DNA from: an uncultured Verrucomicrobiales bacterium
GTDB lineage: Bacteria; Verrucomicrobiota; Verrucomicrobiia; Verrucomicrobiales; DEV007
Assembly (NCBI GenBank): GCA_938091905.1
Contig: CALKOM010000032.1
Location: forward strand, 1-21,156
Direction of reading: 5' to 3'
Length of the DNA stretch: 21,156 nt
Shown: in pieces, positions 1 to 8,408 of the stretch
Position numbering within the stretch: position 1 is the first letter of the stretch
How the letters are laid out: the number at the start of each line of letters is the position of its first letter
Translations under genes and position numbers: made by a program
Notes under the pieces: model-generated
Database searches by the model: none
The model's input: the letters and a program-made list of their open reading frames with translations, nothing else
Told to the model about the DNA's origin: nothing

Positions 1-74
1 GGAACGAAAGACACGAGGGAGCACAAGATTCGAGCCAAAGCGCCCATCATCGCAAGCACTATTACCAAGGGCAT
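1..74 (-). CDS. Possible N-terminus of a gene running off the left edge (hydrophobic, signal-peptide-like)
   Basis: The minus-strand ATG at 74 opens MPLVIVLAMMGALARILCSLVSFV..., which stays open to the window edge. Alternative ATGs lie at 50 and 47. GGAGG sits about 12 nt upstream on the minus strand. Too short to identify. Confidence 0.3.
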   Translation of the reverse strand, partial: MPLVIVLAMMGALARILCSLVSFV

Positions 75-296
75 CAATCAGCGCGGCCTCCAAAGACGTC
101 CTTGGAATCACCCGTCACAACCAAATCACTCGGAGCCGTCAGTCTAACTCCGACAAACTCCTAGTGGGGTTTCGCGGTTTCCACGCACTCCATTCTTGGG
201 AAATCACCATGCGTCGGGAGCCCAGCAAAGAATTTCACTGGAAACGAGGCGACATTGAGCTAAAGCACCGTCCCCGCGCACTGCGGGCCTTCATCG

Positions 297-1181
297 ATGA
301 GCGCTGACGAACGTATCCTCAAGCTTGGTTTGCCCAAGGGCAGCCTGGAGAAACCTACCTTCGATCTCTTTAAAAAGGCCGGTTACGATATCCAGGGAGC
401 TTCCCGCTCTTACCGCCCTCAGATCGACGATTCCGAACTACGCGCGCGGCTGCTGCGCGCTCAGGAAATCGGACGCTATGTCCACCAAGGCTTTCTCGAC
501 TGCGGCATCACTGGCAAAGACTGGGTGGCTGAGAATGAAGCCGATGTGGAGGTCCTCTGCGATCTTCCATACAGCCGAGCGACCTCCAATCCCACACGTT
601 GGGTGCTCGTTGTCCCGGAGGATTCGCCAATCAAAGACGTGAAGGACCTCCAAGGGAAACTCATCGCGACCGAGGCGTTGAATCTGACCCGCAATTTCCT
701 GAAGGAACACGGGGTGGAAGCGAAACTCGAATTCAGTTGGGGCGCGACCGAAGTGAAGGTTCCCGATCTAGTCGACGCCATCGTCGACATCACAGAAACC
801 GGTTCTTCATTGCGCGCCAACAAACTGCGCATCGTGGCCACCCTGATGGAGTCCTTTCCCCAATTTGTCGCCAATCGCAAAGCGGCCGCCGATCCCTGGA
901 AACGCGCAAAGATGGAGCGAATCGTCCTTCTCCTAAAAGCTGCCTTGGAGGCACGCGACAAGGTTGGTCTCAAAATGAACGTGCCTGAAAAGCAGTTGCA
1001 AAGCGTTCTCGACACCCTACCCTCACTCCGCTTGCCCACCGTGAACCACCTCAGCCAGGATGGCTGGCTCGCTATAGAGACCATCCTGGAAGAGAAAGTT
1101 GTTCGCGAGATCATTCCTGACCTCAAAGCCGCTGGTGCCGAGGGGATTATCGAATATCCGCTCAACAAAGTGGTTTACTAA
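297..1181 (+). CDS. hisG: ATP phosphoribosyltransferase, long form with C-terminal regulatory domain
   Basis: 294 aa with [31 protein letters not shown], the PRPP-binding motif [18 protein letters not shown], and the long-form C-terminus ...[19 protein letters not shown]. Confidence 0.97.
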   Translation: MSADERILKLGLPKGSLEKPTFDLFKKAGYDIQGASRSYRPQIDDSELRARLLRAQEIGRYVHQGFLDCGITGKDWVAENEADVEVLCDLPYSRATSNPTRWVLVVPEDSPIKDVKDLQGKLIATEALNLTRNFLKEHGVEAKLEFSWGATEVKVPDLVDAIVDITETGSSLRANKLRIVATLMESFPQFVANRKAAADPWKRAKMERIVLLLKAALEARDKVGLKMNVPEKQLQSVLDTLPSLRLPTVNHLSQDGWLAIETILEEKVVREIIPDLKAAGAEGIIEYPLNKVVY

Positions 1182-1225
1182 GACAGCCAGCCAACCTCAG
1201 TAAGTAGCAACCGACCGAAACAATC

Positions 1226-1330
1226 ATGGGTTCACTCAAGAAACGCCGTAAGACTAAGATAAACAACCACAAGCGTCGCAAGCGCATGAAGGCTAATCGC
1301 CACAAGAAGCGTTTGCGTTACAAGTCCTAG
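1226..1330 (+). CDS. Small basic ribosomal protein bS22-like (AURKAIP1/COX24 domain, mS38 family)
   Basis: Hand-translated, not in the ORF track: ATG 1226 to TAG 1330 = MGSLKKRRKTKINNHKRRKRMKANRHKKRLRYKS (34 aa). It fits the MGSxxKKRRKxxxxxKxRKR family pattern and is followed by a terminator-like hairpin. Confidence 0.9.
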   Translation: MGSLKKRRKTKINNHKRRKRMKANRHKKRLRYKS

Positions 1331-1365
1331 TCAGGGCTTCGCGTTAGACTAGACCACATTTTCGG

Positions 1366-1400
1366 ATAGCCCGGCGACCTCTGTGTTCCGGGCTATTTCT
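1366..1400 (+). terminator. Probable intrinsic terminator after hisG and the bS22-like gene
   Basis: Stem ATAGCCCGG (1366-1374) pairs with CCGGGCTAT (1388-1396) and runs into TTCT. The loop is long (13 nt) and the U-tract is short. Confidence 0.55.
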
Positions 1401-1452
1401 GTGCCTGACTTTCGGATAGCCGCACGCCGTGGCCACTGCTAGAATTTCATCC

Positions 1453-3186
1453 ATGAATTGGCATGTTTTTCACCTTCTAGTGCTCGTCGGTATTGTTTCT
1501 AGCCTGGCAGGGCCTCTGACCACACAGTTGGAAGCCCGAGAACTCGAGTCCCCACAAACGTTTCTGGGATCGTCCGCCAAAGTACTCTTCCTGGGGGACT
1601 CCAATACCAACGCGGGCACTTACATCAACATGCTGGAGGCGCACTTCCTTCAGGAAGAACGGACGCTTACCGGGATCGAGTGGATCAATCTTGGACTGTC
1701 TAGCGAAACCTGCACTGGACTAACAGAGCCTCCACACCCTTTCCCCCGGCCTAATGTCCACGAGCGTCTGGATCGCGCGCTAGAAATGGTCAAGCCCGAC
1801 GTGATTGTCGCTTGCTACGGAATGAATGACGGCATCTACCACCCGTTTGATCAAGGACGATTCGAAGCCTATCAGAGAGGTCTCTCCACCTTGGTAACAA
1901 AGGCCAAAGCTACGGGGGCCTTTGTCGTTCTCATGACACCACCGCCCTTCGATCCCCTCCCTATGCGTGAACAAGGAAAGCTCGTTCCGACGACGGCCAA
2001 GGAGTTCTCATGGACAAAGATTTCCGAAGACTATGACGACGTGATCGAGCGCTACGCCACGTGGACATCAACCTCACTGAAGGACAAGGTCGATCTGCTC
2101 ATCGATATTCACACGCCGATGGCAGAAGCGCTAGCCCAGAGACGAAAGCAGGATCCTCATTTCGCCATGTCCAATGACGGCGTCCATTTCGACACAGCTG
2201 GCCATCGCTTGCTTGCTAACATCATTCTCAAAGAATGGGGCAAGACCCCTGTGCCACTCGATGAAGGCATCTATCAGCAGGTCGTACAACGCCATGCTGT
2301 CATGCATCCAGCCTGGTTAAGCCATGTAGGACACAAGCGCCCCGGCGTGAAAGCAGGCCTCCCCCTATCAGAAGCCCAATCGAAAGTAGCTGGTATGCAA
2401 GGTGTGATCCAGACGTTGGCAAAGAATCGCCTGCAAGAGGACCGGTTCGAACGCCTCGAAAGAAAGGTAGCTGCTCTCGCTGAGGACATCCGCACGGCGA
2501 AACTTCGGTTTGAGCGCTATGAGATGTTCTCGCGCTTCCCTATCGAGGAGAATCCGGTGCCATTGCACAACAGGAAAGATCTCAGCGGCTGGGAAGGCGA
2601 CCCAAAGTTCTGGTCCGTGGATGCCGAAGGGAACATTCTAGGTCGGAATGAGGGTGAGGTTCCCAGCAGCACCTACCTCTTCACGAAAGATACTTATCGG
2701 GAGTTCAGACTCATATTCGAAGTGAAGCAGACCGTGTCACCGGCTCACTCCACGATGCACTCTGCTGTGGCCGTACTCGGAGAGCGGTTCGAAGACAAAG
2801 GACCAAATCCATACGGGTTCAAGGGCCCACTTCTCATGTTCTGTCATGACTGGGGCATCTGGGACGCCTATCGCCGAAATCGCATCTGTCCAGAAGGGCA
2901 CAAGGGCACGTTGGAAGTAGGTGACGAACTCAAGGGAGACTGGAATGTGGTCGAGTTTCTCGTCGTAGGCGATCGCATTCGCGGTGCGGTAAACGGCACG
3001 CCAGTGTTTGATTTCTCAGATAACCCTGAGATGCTACAGGCTTCACAGATCGGATTGCAGCTCCACTCTAACAAAGCGCCTCAAGAATACCGGTTTCGTA
3101 ATCTCTACATCGTGGACGATCTCACCCACACGCCAAATGACGAACTCATCTCTACGGCTTGGTTTGGCGAGGGCGAGGCTCCGTGA
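1453..3186 (+). CDS. Secreted SGNH/GDSL esterase fused to a C-terminal DUF1080 (3-keto-disaccharide hydrolase-like) domain
   Basis: The ATG at 1453 gives signal peptide MNWHVFHLLVLVGIVSSLAG; the ORF track starts at GTG 1429. SGNH blocks FLGDSNT, NLGLSSET, YGMNDG and NDGVH are present. The C-terminal domain has DUF1080 patterns LHNRKDLSGW, YLFTKDTYREFRLIFEVK, GDWNVVEF and IGLQLH...YRFRNLYI. Confidence 0.8.
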   Translation: MNWHVFHLLVLVGIVSSLAGPLTTQLEARELESPQTFLGSSAKVLFLGDSNTNAGTYINMLEAHFLQEERTLTGIEWINLGLSSETCTGLTEPPHPFPRPNVHERLDRALEMVKPDVIVACYGMNDGIYHPFDQGRFEAYQRGLSTLVTKAKATGAFVVLMTPPPFDPLPMREQGKLVPTTAKEFSWTKISEDYDDVIERYATWTSTSLKDKVDLLIDIHTPMAEALAQRRKQDPHFAMSNDGVHFDTAGHRLLANIILKEWGKTPVPLDEGIYQQVVQRHAVMHPAWLSHVGHKRPGVKAGLPLSEAQSKVAGMQGVIQTLAKNRLQEDRFERLERKVAALAEDIRTAKLRFERYEMFSRFPIEENPVPLHNRKDLSGWEGDPKFWSVDAEGNILGRNEGEVPSSTYLFTKDTYREFRLIFEVKQTVSPAHSTMHSAVAVLGERFEDKGPNPYGFKGPLLMFCHDWGIWDAYRRNRICPEGHKGTLEVGDELKGDWNVVEFLVVGDRIRGAVNGTPVFDFSDNPEMLQASQIGLQLHSNKAPQEYRFRNLYIVDDLTHTPNDELISTAWFGEGEAP

Positions 3187-3194
3187 GCAGTAGT

Positions 3195-3220
3195 GATCAC
3201 CGCGCCAGCTGGTGATCTTT
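3195..3220 (+). terminator. Possible terminator hairpin between the convergent SGNH-DUF1080 and ppk2 genes
   Basis: GATCACC (3195-3201) pairs with GGTGATC (3211-3217), followed by TTT. Confidence 0.35.
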
Positions 3221-3271
3221 CAATCGTCCCACGGGAACCCAGAGAACGTTAGGCTGCATCCCCTTCCAAGC

Positions 3272-4165
3272 CTAATCCTTCTCGCTCTCTAGCTTTGCTC
3301 GGCAGTCCGCTAGCAACGCCTTCTGCTTTTCAGGAAGCTCAGGATAAGCCATCTCCATATTCTCGAGCTTTTCCAAGATGAGTTTAGATACGATGAGACG
3401 CATGTTCTTCTTATCGTCTGCGGGAATCACGTGCCAGGGGCAATCTGCCGTCGCCGTTTCTCGAATGGCCGTTTCATAGGCCTCCATGTAATCATCCCAG
3501 TAACCGCGCTCTTTGATGTCTCCGTCAGAGAACTTCCAGTTCTTCTCTTGTCTATCAATCCTATCAAGAAAGCGACGCTTCTGCTCATCCTTCGAGACAT
3601 TGAGGAAGAACTTCATGACAATGGTGCCGTTATCGGTTAGATAGCGTTCATAGTCCCGAATCGCTCGATACCGATTCTTCCAAAGCTGCTCCATATCCTC
3701 TGTGCAACCGGCAGGCAATTTTTGATACTTGGTCACAATCTCAGGATGCACCTTACAAACGAGAACTTCTTCATAATAGGAACGATTGAAGATGCCTACC
3801 GTCCCGCGAGGTGGCAGTGCTAGATTCGTCCTCCAGAGGTAATCGTGCTCTAACTCAAGATCGCTCGGCCTCTTAAAAGCACTAACCTCCACGCCGTGCG
3901 CGTTCACACCGCTCATGACATGCCGAATCGTCCCGTCTTTGCCCGCTGCGTCCATCGCCTGAAAAACCAGTAGCAAGCTATGCTTGTCATGAGCATACAT
4001 CATGTTCTGGAGGTCATCGATCTCTTCCCGATAATCCTCCAGTTCTTTCTCATAGTCCTTCTTGTCCTCGTAGAGATCCTTCGCAAGCGCATTCGCGTGA
4101 TCCTTCAACTCGAAGCCCTTGCCCTTAGTGATTTGATAGTCTTCGATCTTAATCTCAGTTTTCAT
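3272..4165 (-). CDS. ppk2: Polyphosphate kinase 2 family protein (polyP:nucleotide phosphotransferase, single domain, class III-like)
   Basis: Walker A QAMDAAGKDG, FKRPSDLELEHDYLWR, Walker B FNRSYYEEVLV, KFFLNVSKDEQKRRF, KNWKF and PWHVIPAD. The start is trimmed to ATG 4165 (MKTEIKIED, 297 aa) because the upstream 25 codons fall in the divergent intergenic region. Confidence 0.92.
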   Translation of the reverse strand: MKTEIKIEDYQITKGKGFELKDHANALAKDLYEDKKDYEKELEDYREEIDDLQNMMYAHDKHSLLLVFQAMDAAGKDGTIRHVMSGVNAHGVEVSAFKRPSDLELEHDYLWRTNLALPPRGTVGIFNRSYYEEVLVCKVHPEIVTKYQKLPAGCTEDMEQLWKNRYRAIRDYERYLTDNGTIVMKFFLNVSKDEQKRRFLDRIDRQEKNWKFSDGDIKERGYWDDYMEAYETAIRETATADCPWHVIPADDKKNMRLIVSKLILEKLENMEMAYPELPEKQKALLADCRAKLESEKD

Positions 4166-4254
4166 AGAACGCGAACAGGTTGACAGCAGGAGGCTTCTTG
4201 AAGCATGACTGCTACGTCCATAAAGAATGCTCGCCCCCACGGCAACCTGAAATC

Positions 4255-5643
4255 ATGAAAGCCTCTCTTCTCTTCTTCGCCGCCATGCTAGGCAGCCTAG
4301 CCGCCGATACTCCGAACATCGTCTTCGTGCTAGCAGACGACCTTGGTTATGGCGATCTCGGCTGCTTTGGGCAGACCAAGATCCAAACACCACATCTGGA
4401 TCAAATGGCAAACGAGGGGCTCAAGCTAACGAATTTCTATGCAGGGTCGACGGTATGCGCCCCATCTCGCTGTGTCCTCATGACGGGTAAGCACACGGGC
4501 CGTGCACGAGTGCGCGGAAACGGCTGGGGACCACTAGAAGACGGAGACGTGACGGTCGCTGAAGTCCTCAAACAAGCGGGCTACCGCACCGCCCTATGCG
4601 GAAAGTGGGGCATTGGCGAGGAAGGCACGACCGGCGTACCGAACAAACAGGGATTCGACTTCTTTTATGGCTATCTCAACCAGCGGCACGCACACAACTA
4701 CTACCCGAGCTTTCTGCTGAGGAATGACCAACGCGAATCTCTGCCGAATGTTTCTGAGACAGAGGACAACGTCGGTGGCGGTTGGGCTAGAGAAGCGATG
4801 GCCTACTCCCATGATCTCATCATCGAAGAAAGCCTTAATTGGTTAGAGAAAGAGTCTACCAGGCCATTCTTTCTCTACCTCGCTCTAACTATTCCACACG
4901 CGAACAACGAACGGGGACGCGGCTTGGGAGATGGTCAGGAAGTGCCCGAATACGGAATCTATGAAGACAAAGATTGGTCGCGGCCTAACAAAGGGCAAGC
5001 AGCAATGGTCACGCGCATGGATCGCGACATGGGTCGCCTCTTCGCCAAACTGAAAGATCTCGGCATTGATGAGAAAACCTTGGTCATCTTCAGTTCAGAC
5101 AATGGACATCATCGCGAAGGTGGCAACGATCCGGAGTTCTTCGATGCCAATGGCCCACTACGCGGAATGAAACGCGATCTCTATGAAGGCGGCATCCGCG
5201 TACCCACAATTGCTCGTTGGCCCAACAAGATCGCAGCAGGAAAGACCTCGACCTTACCTGCCTATTTCGGAGATTTCATGGCCACTGTTTGTGAACTCAC
5301 TGAACAAAAACTACCCGACGAGACGCAATCTGTCAGCTTTCTGCCAACACTGTTGGGTAAACTCGATACCCAGCAGTCGCACGACTACCTCTATTGGGAG
5401 TTTCACGAGCGTGAGGGCAAGCAAGCCTTACGTTTCGGAAAGTGGAAGGCGATTAGACAGCCTTTCGGGAACGGGCACATCGAGCTGTATGATCTATCGA
5501 CGGACATCGGCGAACGCAAAAACTGCGCCTTGCAACGGAATGACTTGGTCCAGCGAGCCGCTCAACTCATGAAAGAGGCGCACATGCCGGACCCGCGACT
5601 GAAGAATCGCAAAAAGCGTAAACCAAAGAAGACAGCGTCCTAA
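4255..5643 (+). CDS. Secreted formylglycine-dependent (family S1, Cys-type) arylsulfatase
   Basis: Signal peptide MKASLLFFAAMLGSLAA from ATG 4255, then PNIVFVLADDLGYGD, the CxPxR signature VCAPSRCVLMTGKH, GKWG, FSSDNG, LRGMKRDLYEGGIRVP and ELYDLSTDIGE. Confidence 0.93.
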   Translation: MKASLLFFAAMLGSLAADTPNIVFVLADDLGYGDLGCFGQTKIQTPHLDQMANEGLKLTNFYAGSTVCAPSRCVLMTGKHTGRARVRGNGWGPLEDGDVTVAEVLKQAGYRTALCGKWGIGEEGTTGVPNKQGFDFFYGYLNQRHAHNYYPSFLLRNDQRESLPNVSETEDNVGGGWAREAMAYSHDLIIEESLNWLEKESTRPFFLYLALTIPHANNERGRGLGDGQEVPEYGIYEDKDWSRPNKGQAAMVTRMDRDMGRLFAKLKDLGIDEKTLVIFSSDNGHHREGGNDPEFFDANGPLRGMKRDLYEGGIRVPTIARWPNKIAAGKTSTLPAYFGDFMATVCELTEQKLPDETQSVSFLPTLLGKLDTQQSHDYLYWEFHEREGKQALRFGKWKAIRQPFGNGHIELYDLSTDIGERKNCALQRNDLVQRAAQLMKEAHMPDPRLKNRKKRKPKKTAS

Positions 5644-5650
5644 GCTCGCA

Positions 5651-6427
5651 CTACCCTAACTCTAGTCTCACTGGACAGTGATCCGAGCCTAGCACCTCAT
5701 CCAAGATCGTCGATGATTTCACCTGCGACATCAGATCCTCCGAAGTGAGCCAGTAGTCGATTCGCCATCCAATGTTCCGAGCACGAGCACCTGAGCGATA
5801 GCTCCACCAACTATACTGGTGAGGTTCTTGGTTGAACTGCCGAAACGTGTCGACGAATCCACTATCAAGAAGCGTATCGAAACTAGCACGTTCCTCATCG
5901 CTAAATCCCGGATTCTTCCGATTCGTCTTGGGATTCGCAAGATCGATTTCTTTATGGGCCACATTTAGGTCACCACAGACCAAGACAGGTTTCGTCTTCT
6001 CCAAGTGCTTGAGGTAAGCACAGAAGTCACGGTCCCATTGCAGCCGATATTCCAAACGCTTAAGGGCCGCTTGGGCGTTCGGGGTATAGACGGTGACCAA
6101 GTGATAGTCAGGGAATTCCATCGTAACCACTCGTCCTTCTTGATCATGCTCATCGATGCCGATACCTAGACTCGTCGCTAAGGGCTTCACCCGTGTGAAG
6201 ATGGCCGTCCCTGAATACCCTTTCTTCACCGCGGGATTCCAGAAGCTCTCGTAGCCCTCAGCCCAGCTCTGATCCTCCACCTGCTCCGAAAGAGCCTTGA
6301 CCTCTTGTAAACAAACGATGTCGGCATCGCTCTCTCGAAAGAAATCGGCAAAGCCCTTCTTTAGGACAGCCCGGAGGCCATTGACATTCCACGAAACGAG
6401 GGAGGAAGGGTGGGATTTGCGTGACAT
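5651..6427 (-). CDS. xth: Exodeoxyribonuclease III / AP endonuclease
   Basis: [46 protein letters not shown] and SDHCP motifs; 258 aa. Confidence 0.96.
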   Translation of the reverse strand: MSRKSHPSSLVSWNVNGLRAVLKKGFADFFRESDADIVCLQEVKALSEQVEDQSWAEGYESFWNPAVKKGYSGTAIFTRVKPLATSLGIGIDEHDQEGRVVTMEFPDYHLVTVYTPNAQAALKRLEYRLQWDRDFCAYLKHLEKTKPVLVCGDLNVAHKEIDLANPKTNRKNPGFSDEERASFDTLLDSGFVDTFRQFNQEPHQYSWWSYRSGARARNIGWRIDYWLTSEDLMSQVKSSTILDEVLGSDHCPVRLELG

Positions 6428-6484
6428 GTTTAAGACCTAGAAATGGGACCCTCTAGAGTGGGGAATCCCAGAGAAACTGCGAGA

Positions 6485-6533
6485 AATTTTCCGAGAAAAT
6501 TGCTTGCATGGGCCTCGAATCTTGTCATGACAA
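6485..6533. promoter_or_regulatory. Candidate operator sites in the divergent xth / ABC operon intergenic region
   Basis: Inverted repeat AATTTTC-cga-GAAAATT (6485-6501) and perfect 12-bp palindrome TTGTCATGACAA (6522-6533). Confidence 0.3.
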
Positions 6534-6645
6534 TGACCACACACGAGAGTATTTGAAGAAGCACTACGATGCTAGCCATTGCTGTTTTAAAACCCAACCC
6601 CTTCTTCCTTTGCACACGAGTAGTGGGGGAAGTTTCCTCTAATAC

Positions 6646-7590
6646 ATGATCACCGTCGAAAACCTATCGAAACATTTCGGGCCCAAAGTGGCCGTTAAGA
6701 ACCTCAGCTTCGAGCTGAAAAAAGGCGAAGTCCTTGGATTTCTAGGGCCAAATGGAGCTGGAAAGTCCACCACCATGCGCATGATCACGGGATACCTTCC
6801 CCCGACTGCGGGAAAAATTACCGTGGGCAAAGCCGACGTCGTGGACTCTCCCGTGGAGGCCAAAGCTAAAATAGGTTACTTGCCGGAGAATGCCCCCCTT
6901 TACTCAGAGCTAACTGTTCAGGGATTCCTCAATTTCATTGGCGAACTGCGCGGGCTCAGCGGCGCCGATCGCGATAAAGCCGTGAGCCGCTCCATGGATC
7001 TCTGCCACCTCCAAGGCGTCCGCCACCAAAGCGTCGACACGCTCTCTAAAGGTTTCCGTCACCGCACGTGCTTCGCGCAAGCGCTGATTAGTGACCCTGA
7101 AGTGCTCGTAATGGACGAGCCGACCGACGGTCTGGACCCGAATCAGAAGCACGAAGTGCGCGCCCTCATCCGACGTATGGGCGAAGAGAAGGCCATTATC
7201 TTTTCCACCCACATTTTGGAAGAGGTTGAGGCCGCTTGTTCCCGCGCCATAATCATCAGTGGAGGCGAAGTCGTGGCAAACGGCACGCCAGATCAGCTCA
7301 AGAAGAAGGCAAAAGGTGCCGGTCAAATTCGCTTTCAGGTTGCAGGCATCCCCGCCAGCGCAACGAAGTCAGATCTTGAAGGCCTTGCCAGCGTTTCCTC
7401 AGTCGACGTGAATTTGGAAGAGGAGAACATGCTTCGAGGCGTGGTCGTTCCCAAAGAAGGGCAATCTGCTCGTGCTTCTGAGGACATTTTCAAATACGTG
7501 TCATCTAAGAATGGTTTGCTACAAGAGCTCGCTGTCCTGGAAGGCCGTCTCGATGACGTCTTCCGCGAGATCACCGAGACATCTGTATAA
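6646..7590 (+). CDS. ABC transporter ATP-binding protein, GldA-like
   Basis: Walker A GPNGAGKST, GYLPENAPLY, GldA-type signature LSKGF, Walker B VLVMDEPTDGLDP and H-loop FSTHILEEVE. Confidence 0.92.
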   Translation: MITVENLSKHFGPKVAVKNLSFELKKGEVLGFLGPNGAGKSTTMRMITGYLPPTAGKITVGKADVVDSPVEAKAKIGYLPENAPLYSELTVQGFLNFIGELRGLSGADRDKAVSRSMDLCHLQGVRHQSVDTLSKGFRHRTCFAQALISDPEVLVMDEPTDGLDPNQKHEVRALIRRMGEEKAIIFSTHILEEVEAACSRAIIISGGEVVANGTPDQLKKKAKGAGQIRFQVAGIPASATKSDLEGLASVSSVDVNLEEENMLRGVVVPKEGQSARASEDIFKYVSSKNGLLQELAVLEGRLDDVFREITETSV

Positions 7591-7639
7591 TCAGGAAACG
7601 CCCTTACTTTTCAAACATTAGCTAAGCTATTAGAATCTC

Positions 7640-8380
7640 ATGAATAGTACTGCCCGCCATATTTGGACAATTACTAAGAAAGAACTCCGAAGCTACTTCA
7701 GCACCCCACTAGCATGGGTGCTCATCGTAGTTTTCCTCCTTCTCTCCCAAGGCTTCGCCTTCATGTTCGGAGGCCTGCTCGAGTATCAGAATGCCTCTCT
7801 TGCCGCCTTCTTTCTCTACATCCCCTGGATCTTCATGGTCTTCGCACCTGCTGTCGGAATGCGACTATGGTCAGAGGAACACCGTCTTGGCACCATGGAG
7901 CTTCTCATGACCATGCCCATTTCGCCGTGGCATGCCATTGTCGGGAAGTTTCTCGCGGCGTCCGTCATCATTTTCATCAGCTTACTCCTGACCTTTCCGG
8001 CGTGGATCACAATCAATTGGTTAGGCGACCCTGACAACGGCATTGTCTTCGCTGGATACATTGCCGCGTTCTTGGTTGGCATCACCTTTCTTGCCGTAAC
8101 CGGCGTCATTTCCGCACTCACTCGCAGCATGGTTGTAAGCTTTATTGTCGCGCTCTTCATCTGCATGGGCATGATCATGTCAGGCTGGCCGAACATCGTC
8201 AGCGAACTCGACAACTGGATCGGTGGCCTTGGCCAGAAGGTCTCTCAGTTGAGCGTTCTTACTCACTACAACGAGCTGACGAAGGGCATCGTCGTCAGTA
8301 CAGACATCATCTTCTTTCTCAGCGTGATCGGCTTCTGTCTCTACCTCACCGCTGTCATCCTCAAAACAAAACGTGCTTAG
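7640..8380 (+). CDS. ABC-2 type permease, GldF-like
   Basis: About 6 TM segments, with KKELRSYFSTPLAW, PAVGMRLWSEEHRLGTMELLMTMP and GKFLAA motifs typical of GldF-like permeases. Confidence 0.9.
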   Translation: MNSTARHIWTITKKELRSYFSTPLAWVLIVVFLLLSQGFAFMFGGLLEYQNASLAAFFLYIPWIFMVFAPAVGMRLWSEEHRLGTMELLMTMPISPWHAIVGKFLAASVIIFISLLLTFPAWITINWLGDPDNGIVFAGYIAAFLVGITFLAVTGVISALTRSMVVSFIVALFICMGMIMSGWPNIVSELDNWIGGLGQKVSQLSVLTHYNELTKGIVVSTDIIFFLSVIGFCLYLTAVILKTKRA

Positions 8381-8408
8381 TTTTCCGAAACCCTAATTCT
8401 GCTAACAC

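Noticed and set aside
209..307. 32-aa ORF ([32 protein letters not shown]) overlapping the hisG start, as a possible His attenuator leader
   Set aside because: It has only two separated His codons, no His run and no terminator between it and hisG.
476..1168. 230-aa antisense ORF within hisG
   Set aside because: Shadow ORF fully opposite a well-supported gene, with no motifs. The same applies to the other nested ORFs in the track, e.g. 9436-9927, 11505-11942, 14954-15529 and 16708-17232.
4166..4254. Apparent head-to-head overlap of ppk2 (start 4240) and sulfatase (start 4180) in the ORF track
   Set aside because: The more plausible starts are ATG 4165 and ATG 4255 (signal peptide), which leave a normal divergent intergenic region.
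6430..6615. 61-aa minus-strand ORF upstream of xth
   Set aside because: Non-ATG start and no recognisable motif. It occupies the divergent promoter region and is probably chance.
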